Assembly (NCBI GenBank): GCA_951406725.2
Contig: OX597827.1
Coordinates: 19,344,001-19,408,000 of the forward strand
DNA: 64,000 bases
DNA from: Octopus vulgaris
Lineage: Eukaryota
Direction: 5' to 3'
Part shown: positions 13,050 through 26,821 of the stretch, piece after piece
Layout of the letters: the number at the start of each line of letters is the position of its first letter
Position numbering within the stretch: the first letter of the stretch is position 1
The notes under the pieces: model-generated
Seen by the model: only the letters and a program-made list of their open reading frames with translations
Databases searched by the model: none
What the model was told of the DNA's origin: nothing
Position numbers and translations under genes: made by a program

Positions 13050-13380
13050 CTCTGGTCATATATGACCATGAAATTGCACCTAGAAAGTTACCCGTTACCG
13101 TCTGAGGCATAAATCCAGGAAACATTGTTTATGGAAAACCAGCAGTTACTCGTGCATACCAGCCACCCCCTCTCCATGTCAGTGGGATTATCCAAGGGAA
13201 AGGCAAAGACTAATACAACTTGGCACCGGTGATGTCACAACTCAATTTCTACAGATGAGTGAACAGAACCAATGTGAAATAAAGTGTCTTGCTCAAGAAC
13301 ACAACACACAGCCCAGTCCGGGAATCAAACTCACTATCCCATGATTGTAAGCCCAATGCTCTAACCACTGAGCCATGTAT
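13050..13380 (-). mobile_element. tRNA-derived SINE family E
   Basis: Minus strand ATGGCTCAGTGGTTAGAGC...GTGTTCTTGAGCAAGACACTTTA...; homologous to 26822-27138. Confidence 0.75.
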
Positions 13381-15600
13381 ATTTACAACCATGCTATCTA
13401 GCAGCTAAGCACATCATCATCATCATCATCATTGTTTAACGTCCGCTTTCCATGCTAGCATGGGTTGGATGGTTCAACTGGGATCTGGGAGGCCAGAAGG
13501 CTGCACCAGGCCCAGTCTGATCTGGCAGTGTTTCTACAGCTGGATGCCCTTCCTGACGCCAACCACTCTGTGAGTGTAGTGGGTGCTTTTTATGTGCCAC
13601 CAGCATGGGGGCCAGATGAGGCTGGCAAATGGCCACGATCGAATGGTGCTTTTTACGTGCCACCGGCACGGAGGCCAATCGGGGTGGCGCAGGCAACGGC
13701 CACGTTCGGATGGTTCTCTTACATGCCACCGGCACTGGTACCACAGCTACAATTTCCATTGATGTTGATCAATTTATGAATCTCAGGAGATGGGGCTAAA
13801 AGTCTAGAAAAAGGTGGATGTGTTGTTTCTTATCACTGTTTTGGTTTTTTGACAAATCAACAAGAGAGAGCTTTTGTCAGAGAAGCAAGAGAAAAGAAAG
13901 CAGGAGGAATGAATCTATTGAAGCGGAGACCATTGTATCTCTCTAAATATAAACGGCAAAATGTCTGCCTGTGTGTCCTTTACACAAATCCACAATTTTT
14001 CAGTTAGAGGGCTCACATTTTCTATGGTCATTCAAAACCATCCAAGGGTGGTTGTGCACATCTTTACATTTTCCCAGTCACCCTGCAAAGCCATTAAAAA
14101 AATCAATAGAAGTGACTTTTTTGTGAATTTTCTATCCAAAACCCAATCAAAATGACCGAAACTTGATACGCTTAACCCTTTAGTGTTCTGATTATTCTAT
14201 CAAACATAATGCTTATTGATTCCCATTGATTTGAATTAATCATGCATTATCTCATATCTTCAAGATCTTGATGGTGTAATTACTTAATGTAGAATAACAT
14301 TGTAGGGTAGGTGTGAGAGCCTGGATCAGGTCAGTTTGAACATAAAACAGATCAACTATTTTGACCGGATATGGCCGGTTTAAATACTAAAGGATCAAAG
14401 CTCATCAGCAATTAAGTGAGAAGATTACATTGTCTCATTAAACCTCCTTCCCCAGTATACATAACCCACACCTGACATACCCTTATTCTTTTACTTGCTT
14501 GTCATTTGACTGTGGCCATGCTGGAGCACCGCCTTTAGTCGAACAAATCAACCCCAGGACTTATCTTTTGTAAGCCTAGTATTTATTCTATCAGTCTCTT
14601 TTGCCAAACCGCTAAGTTACTGGGACGTAAACAAAACCAACTTCAGTTGTCAAGTGATGGTGGGGGGGGGGGGGGGTATACACACACAAATACATACATA
14701 CATATATACATATATATATATACCAATTATATACTTTTTATTTATTATTTTGTACATTACTTAATCATTGGTATATGTTATATTTAATTACGTGCAGGTG
14801 GCACGTAAAAAGCACCCACTACACTCGCGGAGTGGTTGGCGTTAGGAAGGGCATCCAGCTGTAGAAACTCTGCCAGATCAGACTGGATCCTGGTGCAGCC
14901 CCTGGCTTCCCAGACCCCAGTCGAACCGTCCAACCCATGCTAGCGCGGAAAACGGACGTTAAACGATGATGATGATGATGATATATACATATATGATATA
15001 TACATAAATGGCGGTGCCCCAGCATGGCCACAGCTCATAAGCTGAAACTGGAAAAATCAAAATCAAAATCATATATATATATACGATGGGCTTCTTTCAA
15101 TTCCCGTTTACCAAATCCACTTTGGTTAGCCTGAGGCTATAGTAGAAGACACTTGCCCAAGATACCACACAGTGGAACTGAACTCGGAACCATGTGGTTG
15201 GGAAGCAAGCTTCTTACCTCACAGCCACTCATGCGCCTATAGATTGCATTATTCAATAACTGTGTTACATTTAATAAGCATTTCTTAATTATCTGAAAGA
15301 AAAGTTTACCTAGGAAAATGAATGGAATGCAAACAAACTTACATCTACACTTGTCAGCTATTTGCAATGAGTGGATGACAACGAAGTCGTAATGGAGATA
15401 AAAAGCACCAGTGATGGTGCCACTGTCTTTTAAAAAGCACTTATGCTAATGTCAGGTAAGAAGCACCTGTGCAGGTGTCATGAAAGAAGCACCTGTGCAG
15501 GTGTCATGAAAGAAGCACCTGTGCAGGTGTCGTGAAAGAAGCACCCATGCCAGCACAGGTAAAAAGCACTTGTGCCAGTCCCACACAAGAAGTATTCATG

Positions 15601-15910
15601 TGGAGGCACATGGCCTAGTGGTTAGAGCCGCGGACTTGCGGTCGAGGGATTGCAGGTTCGAATCTCAGACCAGGCGATGTGTGTGTTTATGAGCAAAAAC
15701 ACCTAAGCTCCACGCAGCTCCGGCAGAAGGTAATGGTGAAACTTCTGCTGACTCTTTCGCCACAACTTTCTCTCACTCTTTCCTCCTGCATCTTGCAGCT
15801 CACCTGCGACAGAGCGGCGTCCCATCCAGGTGGGGAACCCATACGCCAAGAAACCGGGAAACCGGACCTTATGAGTCAGGCATGGCTCAAGAAGGAACAA
15901 ACAACAACAA
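15601..15910 (+). mobile_element. SINE family C with 16-bp TSD
   Basis: Flanked by ACAAGAAG(T/C)ATTCATG at 15585-15600 and 15911-15926; A/B boxes and (AAC)n tail present. Confidence 0.92.
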
Positions 15911-16486
15911 ACAAGAAGCATTCATGCATTGCCTTGTAGCTTTGATATTTCAATGACATGATAGCTAATTTTTAAAGTAATATTGTAGGGTAAGTGTGAG
16001 AGGTCTGATCTGGTTGGTTTGTAGATAAAACTGGTAGATAATTTTGGTCAGATATGGCCACTTTAAATGCAAAAGAGTTAAACACATTTTCAAAATAATC
16101 TTAATCAAGATAAGGACAGGAACAGAACATTATGTTACCAGTTAGCAGAATCATAACAGACGATGGACCAAAATCCAATATAATTTCATTATATAAATAA
16201 GGCGGCAAACGGACAGAATAGTTAACACATTGGACAAATTGCTGTGTGGCATTTCTTTGGACTCTCTCTCTCTTTACTCTTTTACTTGTTTCAGTCATGT
16301 GACTGTGGCCATGCTGGAGCACTGCCTTTTAGTCGATCATATCGACCCCAGGACTTATTCTTTTGTAAGCCTAGTACTTATTTTATCAGTCTCTTTTTTG
16401 CCGAACCGCTAAGTTAGGGGGACGTAAACACACCAGCATTGGTTGTCAAGCAATGTTGGGGAGACAAACACAGACACACAAACACG

Positions 16487-16518
<32 letters not shown>

Positions 16519-17544
16519 ACAGGCTTCTTTCAGTTTCCGTCTACCAAATCCACTCACAAGGCTTTGGTCGGCCCGAGGCTATAATAGAAGACACCTACCC
16601 AAGGTGCCACGCAGTGGGACTGAACCCGGAACCATGTGGTTCGTAAGCAAGCTACTTACCACACAGCCACTCCTACGCCTACTCTTTATGTTCTGCATTC
16701 AAATTCCGTTGAAGTCAACTTTACCATTCTTCCTTTTGAGATTGATAAAACAAGTCCCAGTTGAGCAATGGGGTTGATGTAATTGATGTATCCCATACCC
16801 TAAAATTCCTGGCCTTGTGCCAAAATTTGAAACCATTATATAAGTACCCAGCATGTTTAGTTATTTCCATAAATATTTAATACAGGGGCCACTGGTCCAT
16901 GCAGATATATAAGAAGAATTACATGCTGGATGCAATGGCATTTGGGACATATAGATGGTATAAAATCAGCTCTTGTTTGATTTAAAGAAATCTGTGGTGG
17001 AAATGAGGAAACCACGAGTAGGTTAAGGTCCACAAAGCTGGGTTCAGAAAAAGGGGTTAGATGCTATAAACACAAACACCCACACTACTTGTGGGGTGTA
17101 AAGTAGGGGAATACCATCCAGCTGTGTACCCTAGTATTTCCATTACTAGATCATTCCAAATGATCTACTACTTTGAGGGGTTTCCTTTTTATTTATTTTT
17201 ACAAAAGGGTCTTTGTAAAAAGCCATTCAGTAAAAAGGGGCACCAAGTTACAAGATGGTGAAAAAAGCTGATCTAAAGCTACATAACATAAGGGGTCCTT
17301 GTTTTCTCAAGATTGTTGGACACAGTTTTGTGGGTGATAAGGCAATTATTTTTAATAAATTGAATGATTAGACATAGACCCTCCATGGCTCGACACAACT
17401 GCTGCGCTTGGTCCAAAGTTTTAACTCAACAAACCCACGAGCAAAGACATTGTAACTATTACCCCCCACCCCATTACCACAAGCATTGTGTATCTAGGAC
17501 TAACATTACAAATGTAACATTCCTTTTAATTATATTTTTTTCCG

Positions 17545-18215
17545 ATGTTGTTTAACCCCCAGTCTGATCCGATTTATCAAAACAGACCAGCGGTCAAGGG
17601 CGTTCCAGCCATGACCATCTCGTCTATTTTTATTGATAAAGGACTATGGTGTCTTTCTTTATTTAAGACGAAAGGGTGCGATTCAAGCGAGATTTAACTG
17701 TCATTTCTAAGAGGCCGAATGACAACATGGAGGTTATTTTGATGGATCGACATTACAACTGCTGTTGTTTAACCCCAGGTCAGCCCTGACCGAGCTGATC
17801 TGCGATCAATGACTTTCGAGCCATGACTATCCTGTCTTTTCGGAATACATAATTAAATATCGCTTCCCTTTTTTTTGTCTCAAGATGCTAGGACGTGATT
17901 TGGCTGCTATTTCTAGCAGTACGAGACTACGTCGAGGTTCCTATGTAGGCTCGTATCGTTGTTTAGCCCGGGAGGTCGGCCTTCGTTATAGCAGACCTGT
18001 GACCAAAACTATGAGCACCACTCCCTTTTATTTTGTCAGGTATAATGTATTTAATACTAACAATACATAACACAGCTTCAGATGTTATTTTTTGAACGAA
18101 AGGGATGCGATTTACGAAAGATTTGGCTGCTATTTCTAGTAGGTTTAAATGACTATGTAGAGAATGGCCTCGTTGGCTCGTGGCTGGATTTATTATGACA
18201 AGGGCTGTTAGGAGG
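17545..18215. repeat. Cluster of diverged copies of a short interspersed repeat
   Basis: GTTGTTTAACCCC...CCAGCCATGACCATC...GATTTGGCTGCTATTTCTAG recurs 3-4 times. Related copies lie at about 300-420, 2780-2945, 7400-7560 and 47350-47630. Confidence 0.6.
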
Positions 18216-18586
18216 TGGATATGAAAACAAAAAAAAACAACATATTTACATACAGAATGCAAATATATTTCGAAAAGAGAAGTGGAAAAAAAAAACGCGT
18301 GTCTATGTCTGTGTATAAACAGAAAACAGATTCAGTCATATACAGTTACCAGACATCTAAAATATATACTGGTGCATGCTTACATGTGCATATATTTACA
18401 TACAAACAGAAACAGCCAGTTGTATTCACAGACACCCACATCATACACAGGCCACGAGTTAACGAAGGCGACTATATTTGGTCGATAATTCTGCTAGAAG
18501 TAGTAACCAGCTGTCCCTCGAAATGACGCTGTATAGACTTAAGTAAAAAAAATAATAAAAGGATACATTGGACACTGTAGTCCCTG

Positions 18587-18630
18587 AGATAGATAGAGAG
18601 AGGTAGATAGATAGATAGATAGATAGATAG

Positions 18631-18729
<99 letters not shown>

Positions 18730-18734
18730 GATAT

Positions 18735-18769
<35 letters not shown>

Positions 18770-18850
18770 TAGATAGATAGATATATAGATAGATAGATAT
18801 ATAGATAGAGATAGATAGATATAGATAGAGATATATAGATAGATAGAGAT

Positions 18851-18947
<97 letters not shown>

Positions 18948-18980
18948 GATAGATTGATAGATAGACAGACAGATAGACAG
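18587..18980. repeat. (TAGA)n microsatellite, about 390 bp
   Basis: Long AGAT run. It explains the spurious LSIY-repeat ORFs at 18472-19168. Confidence 0.98.
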
Positions 18981-19873
18981 AAGAAAATGACAAAATGATC
19001 ACAGTTTGGAAGACCTTTCATCACAGATTTGCACGATCGGGCCTGACCTGGTGCTAAATAACAGCCATTCACAAACGTACACCTACAGTTTTCACAAAAC
19101 ACAAAAATAAAAGATAAACGCATACGTATACACCTTAATAAAAAACAAAGGGCTATATACCCATACATACATATACATTCTCGTACACACTGTATAATAT
19201 ATATATATATATAGGCGAAGTTTCATATATATATATACAATGAAGAAAGTGGAGGTGGTGGTGTCACAGCATGGCTTTAGCCGTGGTGACTAAAATAAAG
19301 TACAGAACCCCCATATTTACAAAACACACCAATACTTCTTCTTCTCCCTAGAAGTAAACAACAAAACAGCAATGCTGCTGCCTCTTAAGTTTTGTCTAAG
19401 AACAAAAAAACGGTAAAAGACTTCTAAAAGACTTCTCGGGTATTAAACAACCACAAAACATACTGTTCGTTTCTTTTTCTTTTCTTTTATTATTTTTTTT
19501 TACGGGTGTTGTTTTAGGGAAAAACTAAATTAAATTAGGAATTATTGGAACCAAAAAAATTAATTAATTAATTAATCGGGATACATTTTCTGAAGAATCT
19601 TTAGATCAAAGACCCAAAGATGTACTTTTAGACGCGATTTGGCTGTCTTTAAGTTTGGTCGTTGTTGGTTTTGGACCAAAACTTAAAACCATCATTTACA
19701 CAAATTAAAGATTATTGTTGAGAGAGAAAAATATCACAATTTAAACAACCTGTATTTCTTATTTTTTTGTAATTAACACCTTTCCACGCGCACACATATG
19801 CACAGGAAACTTTTTTTTTTTTAAGGAATTTTACCAAAATATGCAAAGTAAAGTAAAAATTTGTGAGACTTAC

Positions 19874-20292
19874 TCCGTTTTCTTTCTGTTTTCCAGTGAA
19901 ATAACTTGAGATCAAAACGTTTTCTTTTCACTCAGCAGGTGCGATATACATATACATACATATATATATATATACATATATAGATAGATAGATAGATAGA
20001 TATATATATACACACACACAATCTATATTAGAGAGTGAGAGACAGGGAAAGATGGAAGTTGATAAAAAAGATAGCTACATGTAGATATTCGTCGATGGCA
20101 GAGGCAAGATGCTGATCATACAGAAGTAAACAGACAATCGAATGTGTTAAAGCGTCATGGCAGGATCGAATCTAGGTCCAGGGAGTACGAGAGAAGTAAT
20201 CAGTGTAGATCTTTTGAAAAAATGCCATTTGCTGTCGTCAGCGTCGCGCGAACCACGCTTCCGTCTCTTTCTGGCTTTCTCCTCTTTTTTTT

Positions 20293-20300
<8 letters not shown>
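19874..20300 (-). promoter_or_regulatory. Possible promoter / non-coding first exon of a minus-strand gene
   Basis: Unique CpG-containing sequence (CGTCAGCGTCGCGCGAACCACGCTTCCG) in a TE-poor stretch, plus a minus-strand donor GA|GTAAGT at 19873. No coding evidence. Confidence 0.3.
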
Positions 20301-20325
<25 letters not shown>

Positions 20326-20409
20326 CTTTTTTTTTTCACAATGTCAATCTCCGGTACACGGTACCACCGAAGAACCTGTAATACATAGCCAATATATACA
20401 CCACAGTAA

Positions 20410-20479
<70 letters not shown>

Positions 20480-21168
20480 GCGCGCGTGTGTGTGCGTGCG
20501 TGCGATTGTGTGTGCGTGTGCGTATGTGTGTACTGTTTAGTTATTATATGTGTGTATACAAATATATATGTATTTATTTACATATATACATTTGTATACA
20601 TACATACATACATTTACTGGTCAGAGCGATACGGGTTTCCAGATGTCGCAAGAACTGTGTTAAGAAAACACTAATTAAAAAAAAAACAAATAAAAAAAGA
20701 ATGTTTCTAAATAAAAACGAGAGAAATGATAACGAAGAAGAAGGGATTTCCCAAATAAAGTATATATTATTCTCTCTCTCTTTCTCTCTCTCTCTCTCTA
20801 TTGGCCTCTCTGTTCTTTCTCTTTATTCCTCTCTTTGTTTCTCTCTCTGTTTTCTCTCTCTATATCTAATTGCTAACTTTCAGTTGCTTTACATTAGTTA
20901 CTTCCCCTGATTGCCGCTCTTTTACACTTGCGAGGAAAAACAGACACTATCCCCTCACCTCCCCTCCTCTCTTGTTTGTGTTTTTTTTTTTTTATTATAT
21001 TTCTTAAAAGAAACTTTCCGAAGTTGGTAGAAACTTTTTTTTTTTTGACAACTTCTTTTTAGCTTTTTTTTATTCTTTTTCCTGTTTTATTCTTTTGGTA
21101 TTTTTATAGTGTCTAAAACCTTTATGGTCAAATAACCACTAATAAAAAAATAATATATCTTTTCTTTT

Positions 21169-21262
<94 letters not shown>

Positions 21263-21742
21263 GTGTGTGTGTGTATGTATATATATATGTATATATATAT
21301 ATATATATATGTGTATATATATATATATATATATTACATATATCATATTAATTTTAGCGTCCGCTTTCCATGCTAGCATGGGTTGGACGGTTCAACTGGG
21401 GTCTGTGAAGCTGAAGGCCACATCAGGCCCAGTCTGATCTGGCAGTGTTTCTACGGCTGGATGCCCTTCCTAACGCCAACCACTCTGTGAGTGTAGTGGG
21501 TGCTTTTTACGTGCCACCCGCACAGGTGGGTTGGACGGAATTTGCTGAAGCGGATTTTCTACAGCCGGATGCCCTTCCTGTCGCCGAACCTTACAGTACA
21601 GTCATGTTTCTCATGAACGGACGATATTCTTTCAAAGAAGAGTGGAAATAAAGGCCGCCGCTTGCATAACGGTGACACTCGTTTACAACTATTGCAAGAT
21701 GTGATGTCAAAGCAAGGAGACAGTAACACACACAGACACATA

Positions 21743-23372
21743 TCATCATCATCGTTTAACGTCCGTTTTTCATGCTGGCATGGGTTGGGCAGTTTGACTG
21801 GGGTCTGGCAAGCCAGGAGGCTGCACCAGGATCCAATCTAATCTGGCAATGTTTCTACAGCTTGATGCCCTTCCTTAGGCCAACCACTCTGAGAGTGTAG
21901 TGGGTGCTTTTTACATGCCACCTGCACAGGAGCCAGTTGGCGCGAGGTAGCTGGCAACAACCACGTTCAGATGGTGCTTTTGACATGCCACCAGCACAGG
22001 AGCCAGTCAGGGCAAGGGAGCTGGCATCGACCAGTTCAGATGGTGCTTTTACATGCCACTGGCACGGAGACCCAGTCAGGTGGATCTGGCAATGACCCAT
22101 GCATGAATGGTGCTTATTGCGTGCCACCAGCATGGAAGCCAGTCAGGCAGCACCAGTAATGACCCACGCATGAATAGTGCTTATTGTGTGCTACCAGCAT
22201 GGGAACCAGTCAGGCAACACTAGCATCAACCACAACTACAATTTCCATTTGATTGCAGTTTCATTTGACTTCGATTTTGATGTACTTGACTCAATAGGTC
22301 TCCTCAAGCACAGCATGTCGCCCGACAATCCAAAGGTACTTTTTTAAGTGGGCTGCTTATGCGACACTGGTGTAGGGTACAGCTGCGATCTCACTGTATT
22401 TGCCAGGTCTTCTCAACCACAGCATATCTCCAGAGGTCTCAGTCTTTCGTCATTGCCTCTGTGAGGCCCAACATTCAAAGGTCATACTTCACTACCTCAT
22501 CCCATGTCTTCCAGGGTTTCCCTCTACCACGGGTTCCTTCCACTGTTTGAGAGTGGCACTTCTTCACACAGCTCTCCTCTCCTCATCCATACATAGTACA
22601 TGACCTTACCAGCACAGTCGTCTCTCTTGCACGTCACATCTGATGCTTCTTATGTCCAACATTTCTCTCAGGGCGCTTACACTCTGTCGTGTGTACACAC
22701 TGACATTACATATCCAGCAGATCATGTTAGCTTCATTTCTTTCAAGCCTACGCATGTCTTCAGTCACGGCCCATGTTTCACTGCCATGAAGCATGGTAGT
22801 TCGCACACATGCATCATACAATCTACCTTTAACTCTGAGCGAGAGACCCTTTGTCACCAGTAGGAGATTTCTGAACTTTGCCCAGGCTATTCTTATTCTA
22901 GTAATAATGCTCTCTGAGCATCCCCCCCATCCCCACTACAGACTTGGTCACCTAGGTAGCGGAAGCTATCAACTACTTCTAGTTTCTCCCCCTGGCATGT
23001 GATGGAATCTGTTTTCTGAGCATCTGTGGTGTTTATTATCCCTGTGCATCTGCCGCTCACAAAAGCTATCTTCCCAATTAACCTTCCTTTGATGTTGCTG
23101 CACCTCTTATGCATCCATAGCTTACACTGGGTACATCTTATGGAGTTTCTACCTATACCTTTTCTACAGATTGAGCAGGGCCATCTACCTGAAAGGGCTT
23201 GTTATGTGTTTGCCTTGCTACTTACTAGGACTTTGGTTTTTGCGACATTGACTCTAAGACTCTTCGATTCTAAACCTTGCTTCTACACCTGAAATTTTTT
23301 TTCTAATTCTGGTAGTGATTCTGCTATGACAGCCAGGTCATCAGCATAGAGGAGCTCCAAGGGGCAACCTGT
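21743..23372 (-). mobile_element. 5'-truncated degenerate RTE-clade LINE (RT C-terminus plus family-A 3' UTR)
   Basis: ELLYADDL at about 23335-23360; EVVDSFRYLGDQ; LSLRVKGRLYDACVRTTMLHGSETWA; continues into the family-A UTR and (GAT)n tail. Confidence 0.9.
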
Positions 23373-23388
23373 CTTATATATATATCCA

Positions 23389-24196
23389 TGAGTTAAGGAA
23401 TGGAGTAGATAAAATCTAGGCTGCATATGTTTCATAGCAAGCGGAACCTCAGATGTGGTAAATATCCAAGTGAGGTGTATACCACAGGTTACTCATCAGG
23501 CCAAGGGTATTTTGGTTAAATGAAGATTACATTGTCATTAGGAGGCTCATGTTAACACATGGAGGATTCAATCAGAATGCGTATATATATATCTCCACTC
23601 AAAACTGTGCTCTGTACGCATTCTGATAAAATCCTCCATGTGTTAATAGGGGCCTCCCAATGACAATGTAATTTTCATTTAATCAAGATATCCTTGAAAA
23701 TCAAAAGGCAAGTGAAAATCAAAATCAAAATCGAAATTGAAATCGATCAACATCAATGGAAATTGCAGCTGTGACACCAGTGCCGGTGGTACATAAGAAA
23801 ACATCCAAACATGGCCGTTGCCAGCGCCGCCCCGATTGGCTTCGTGCCTGTGGCATGTAAAAAGCACCATCCAATCATGGCCATTTGCCAGCCTCGTCTG
23901 GCATGTAAAAGCACCCACTACACTCACGGAGTGGTTGGCATTAGGAAGGGCATCCAGCCGTAGAAACATTGCCAGATCAGACTGGGCCTGGTGCAGCTTT
24001 CCCAGGCCCCAGTTGAACCGTCCAACCCATGCTAGCACGGAAAGCGGATGCTAAACGAGGATGATGATGATGATGATCCTTGGTGCGAAGAATAGCCTGC
24101 AATATACACCTCGCTTCAATATTTACCACTTCTGAGGTTCCACTTACTATGAAGCATATGCGACCTAGATCTTATCTACTCCATTCCTTAACTCTT
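23389..24196. mobile_element. Fold-back palindromic element (about 200-bp imperfect arms) with an RTE 3' fragment inserted in the right arm
   Basis: GAGTTAAGGAATGGAGTAGATAA...ATCAGAATGCGTA (23389-23583) is inverted at 23615-23696 plus 24083-24196. The insertion at about 23697-24075 is flanked by the duplication ATCCTTG. Confidence 0.85.
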
Positions 24197-24427
24197 GTAT
24201 TTTTATTCACATTCCTGGCAACCCCAGCTGCCTACCGTGAAATATAAAATAATTTTTTTCGACTTATCATACATCAATACAGAGACAAATCCACAACCTT
24301 CCACCCCCAACAAACTTCTATTGTTCCTGAAAGCTCTCTTTCTTGAAGCTCACTTTCTTCCTGCACCTTGATCCTTGGATCTTACATTTATATATCTATA
24401 TATATATACATATATATGTATACATAC

Positions 24428-24458
<31 letters not shown>

Positions 24459-25210
24459 AAATAACAAAATAATAAATAAAACATATGCATATATACATAC
24501 ATATATGTACGTACCTACATCTATATGTATATATACATACATATAATGGGTACAGGACACCAAAGAAAAAACGTCGAACACAATGAGAAACGAAAACATA
24601 AAAACAAAACCAAGGAAACAGACATTTTTTTAAACAATGAACAAACAGAGTACAAGACATACAACACAAGGAAAATTCCCCTTCTTCAGCCGCCTCTGTT
24701 TCGTCTACTCTGTGTTTCGAAGGTCAAGGCAAGACACGACTTCTTGGAAACAGTCCTTCCCGCAAAGCAAATTAAATAAAATTTGAGATTTTTTGCGGAG
24801 GTGGGGTAAAAGTGGTAACAAAAAACAGGACAGTAAAGACAATACAAATAAAAACAGTAAAAGACAGGACAAGGAGAATGACAGTAACACAAACATTAAG
24901 GGCTGTTAAGCCTGAATGAAAGAAAAATTATTTTGAACACTTTGAAAAACGGCTTGAGAGGGACAGAGAAAGCCGTCTACACTTGTTCGAAGCAGTAGTC
25001 AGAAAGGCAGTGGCCCTCTGGTCACATGTCAGTGACGGGAGGGAGGAGGAGGAGGTGGAGTAAGAGAAAGGGAGAGAAAAAAGGGAAGGGTTGTAGGGAA
25101 AACCAGAAAGAATGAGAGAGAGAGAGAGGGACAGTAAGGTTAGAAGAAAGTAAACCATAAATATATACACATATACAAAGGGGTTTGCATGATTGTGTAT
25201 AGAAGAATAT

Positions 25211-25542
25211 ATTACTCAAAGGAATTCCAACTCTGTCTGTTTATTATGTTTTATTTATATTCTTATAATATTAATATAGGATATAGAATATATGAAATGA
25301 AATATTGATTGTCTTCCTGTCACAATCTGAACCTGATGAATGCTTAAAAGCAAGAAAGTATACTAGTTCAATGAGAATAGACATTTAATATTTAATTTTC
25401 AATATTTCATTTGTTCAATAAGACAATCAATACTTCATTTCATTTCTTTCTTGCTATATATTCTATATTCCATATCCTATATTAATATTATAAGAATATA
25501 AATAAAACATAAAAAAACAAAGTTGGAATTCCTTTGAGTAAT
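25211..25542. mobile_element. Inverted-repeat Penelope-like pLTR structure
   Basis: Arms 25211-25315 and 25420-25542 (ATTACTCAAAGGAATTCCAAC... / ...GTTGGAATTCCTTTGAGTAAT) enclose a hammerhead motif. Confidence 0.65.
25328..25370 (+). ncRNA. Minimal type-I hammerhead ribozyme motif
   Basis: UGAAC-CUGAUGA-A-UGCU(UAAA)AGCA-A-GAA-AGUAUACU-A-GUUCA. Stem I 5 bp, palindromic helix III AGUAUACU, cleavage triplet CUA; the 10.1/11.1 position is an A-A mismatch. Confidence 0.7.
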
Positions 25543-26800
25543 CATCATCATCATTGTTTGACCGTGGTCGAGACAATGGAATTTACCATGCTACGCCAGA
25601 CTTCACGGTCCATCATGGCATTACGGAGGTCCTATTGCTGGATGCCTGTATCCCTGGAGATTACAACAGGGTAGGAGAGTGTGCGCCCTCTGGTATTGCG
25701 AGTAGATGGCTTCCAGAGGAGAGGAGTAGAAATTACTTCTTTTTCAGCTCTACTACAATGTCCAGCAAACTGGACTCTCCTACCTTTCACAAGAGATGAC
25801 ACAGGTGGTAGTTTCCCATATATTTGCATTTTGGTTGAATGGCGCTTCCACGAGAGATTTTGAGCTCTCATAAGGAGGCGAGTGTAAGTTCCATCCAACC
25901 GCCTCTCAAGCTTCTTTGATAAGGTCCAGGTTTCTGAGCCATATAGTAGAATTGGTTCGACTGTGGCTTTGAATATTTCAAGTTTGAAGTCTCTACTTAG
26001 ATTTGATGACCAGATCTTATGCATGTCATTACAGGCTGACCAGGCCATACCCTTTCTAGTTAGAAAGTCTTTTCCAGATGATGATATGTATGACCCAAGA
26101 TATTTATAATCAGAAATTAAGGGCACATTGTTGAGAGTATGGATGATGCAATCACTGTTGGACAGGCACTTGTTTATGTATTCAGTTTTGGCCTCATTGA
26201 GGTAAAGACCTACACAATTTGAGGCTTGTTCAAGAGATTGTAAAAGAGACTGGGCATTGGAGAGAGAATCACTGATAAGAGTGATGTCGTCAGCAAAGTC
26301 AGTGTCTGTCAAGTACTCAGCTGGGTGTCTGGAACTTCTTCTTGGTTTTATTTCAAAGCCCTTGCCAGAGATGGTATCAACTGACATACGTAGCACATAA
26401 TCAACAACAATGATGAAAAGAAATGGGGCGAGTGTGTCTCCCTGCAGTATTCCGGCTTTGATTGAGAAAGATGATGTTTCTCCATCAGGGGTTAAGATGG
26501 TTGAAGACGTATCTGTGTAGAGGACCTTGATGGCAGAAATGATTTTGTCTGGTATCCCATAGAGCTTAAGGATTTCAAACATCTTGTACCTATCTACAGA
26601 ATCGAACGATTAAATGCTTTTGATTCTTCAATAAGTCTGCGTAGGCATAGTATCTGGCTCAGCGTTGAGCGCCCATGTCTGATTCCATTTTGGTTCTTTC
26701 GGAGCAAAGGTTCAACAAAAAGGACAAGACGATTTAGGATCAGTTTGTTGTACAGTTTTGCAGCAATTGACATTAGAGATATACCCCTGTAGTTGGTGAC
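25543..26800 (-). mobile_element. 5'-truncated RTE/RTE-X-type LINE with 7-bp TSD
   Basis: NYRGISLMSIAAKLYNK; GILQGDTLAPFLFIIVVD; DFADDI; YKYLGS; LLYGSETWTL. (GAT)n tail; GAGTAAT duplicated at 25536-25542 and 26801-26807. Confidence 0.92.
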
Positions 26801-26821
26801 GAGTAATAAATATATATATTC

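Noticed and set aside
18472-19168. LSIY-repeat membrane-like proteins
   Set aside because: Read-through of the (TAGA)n microsatellite.
24660-24760. Hammerhead on the minus strand (CGAAAC and CTGAAGA present)
   Set aside because: CUGAAGA plus its stem is followed by GUGU, not GAAA, and the pieces do not assemble into a valid fold. The region may still be a PLE-like terminal remnant.
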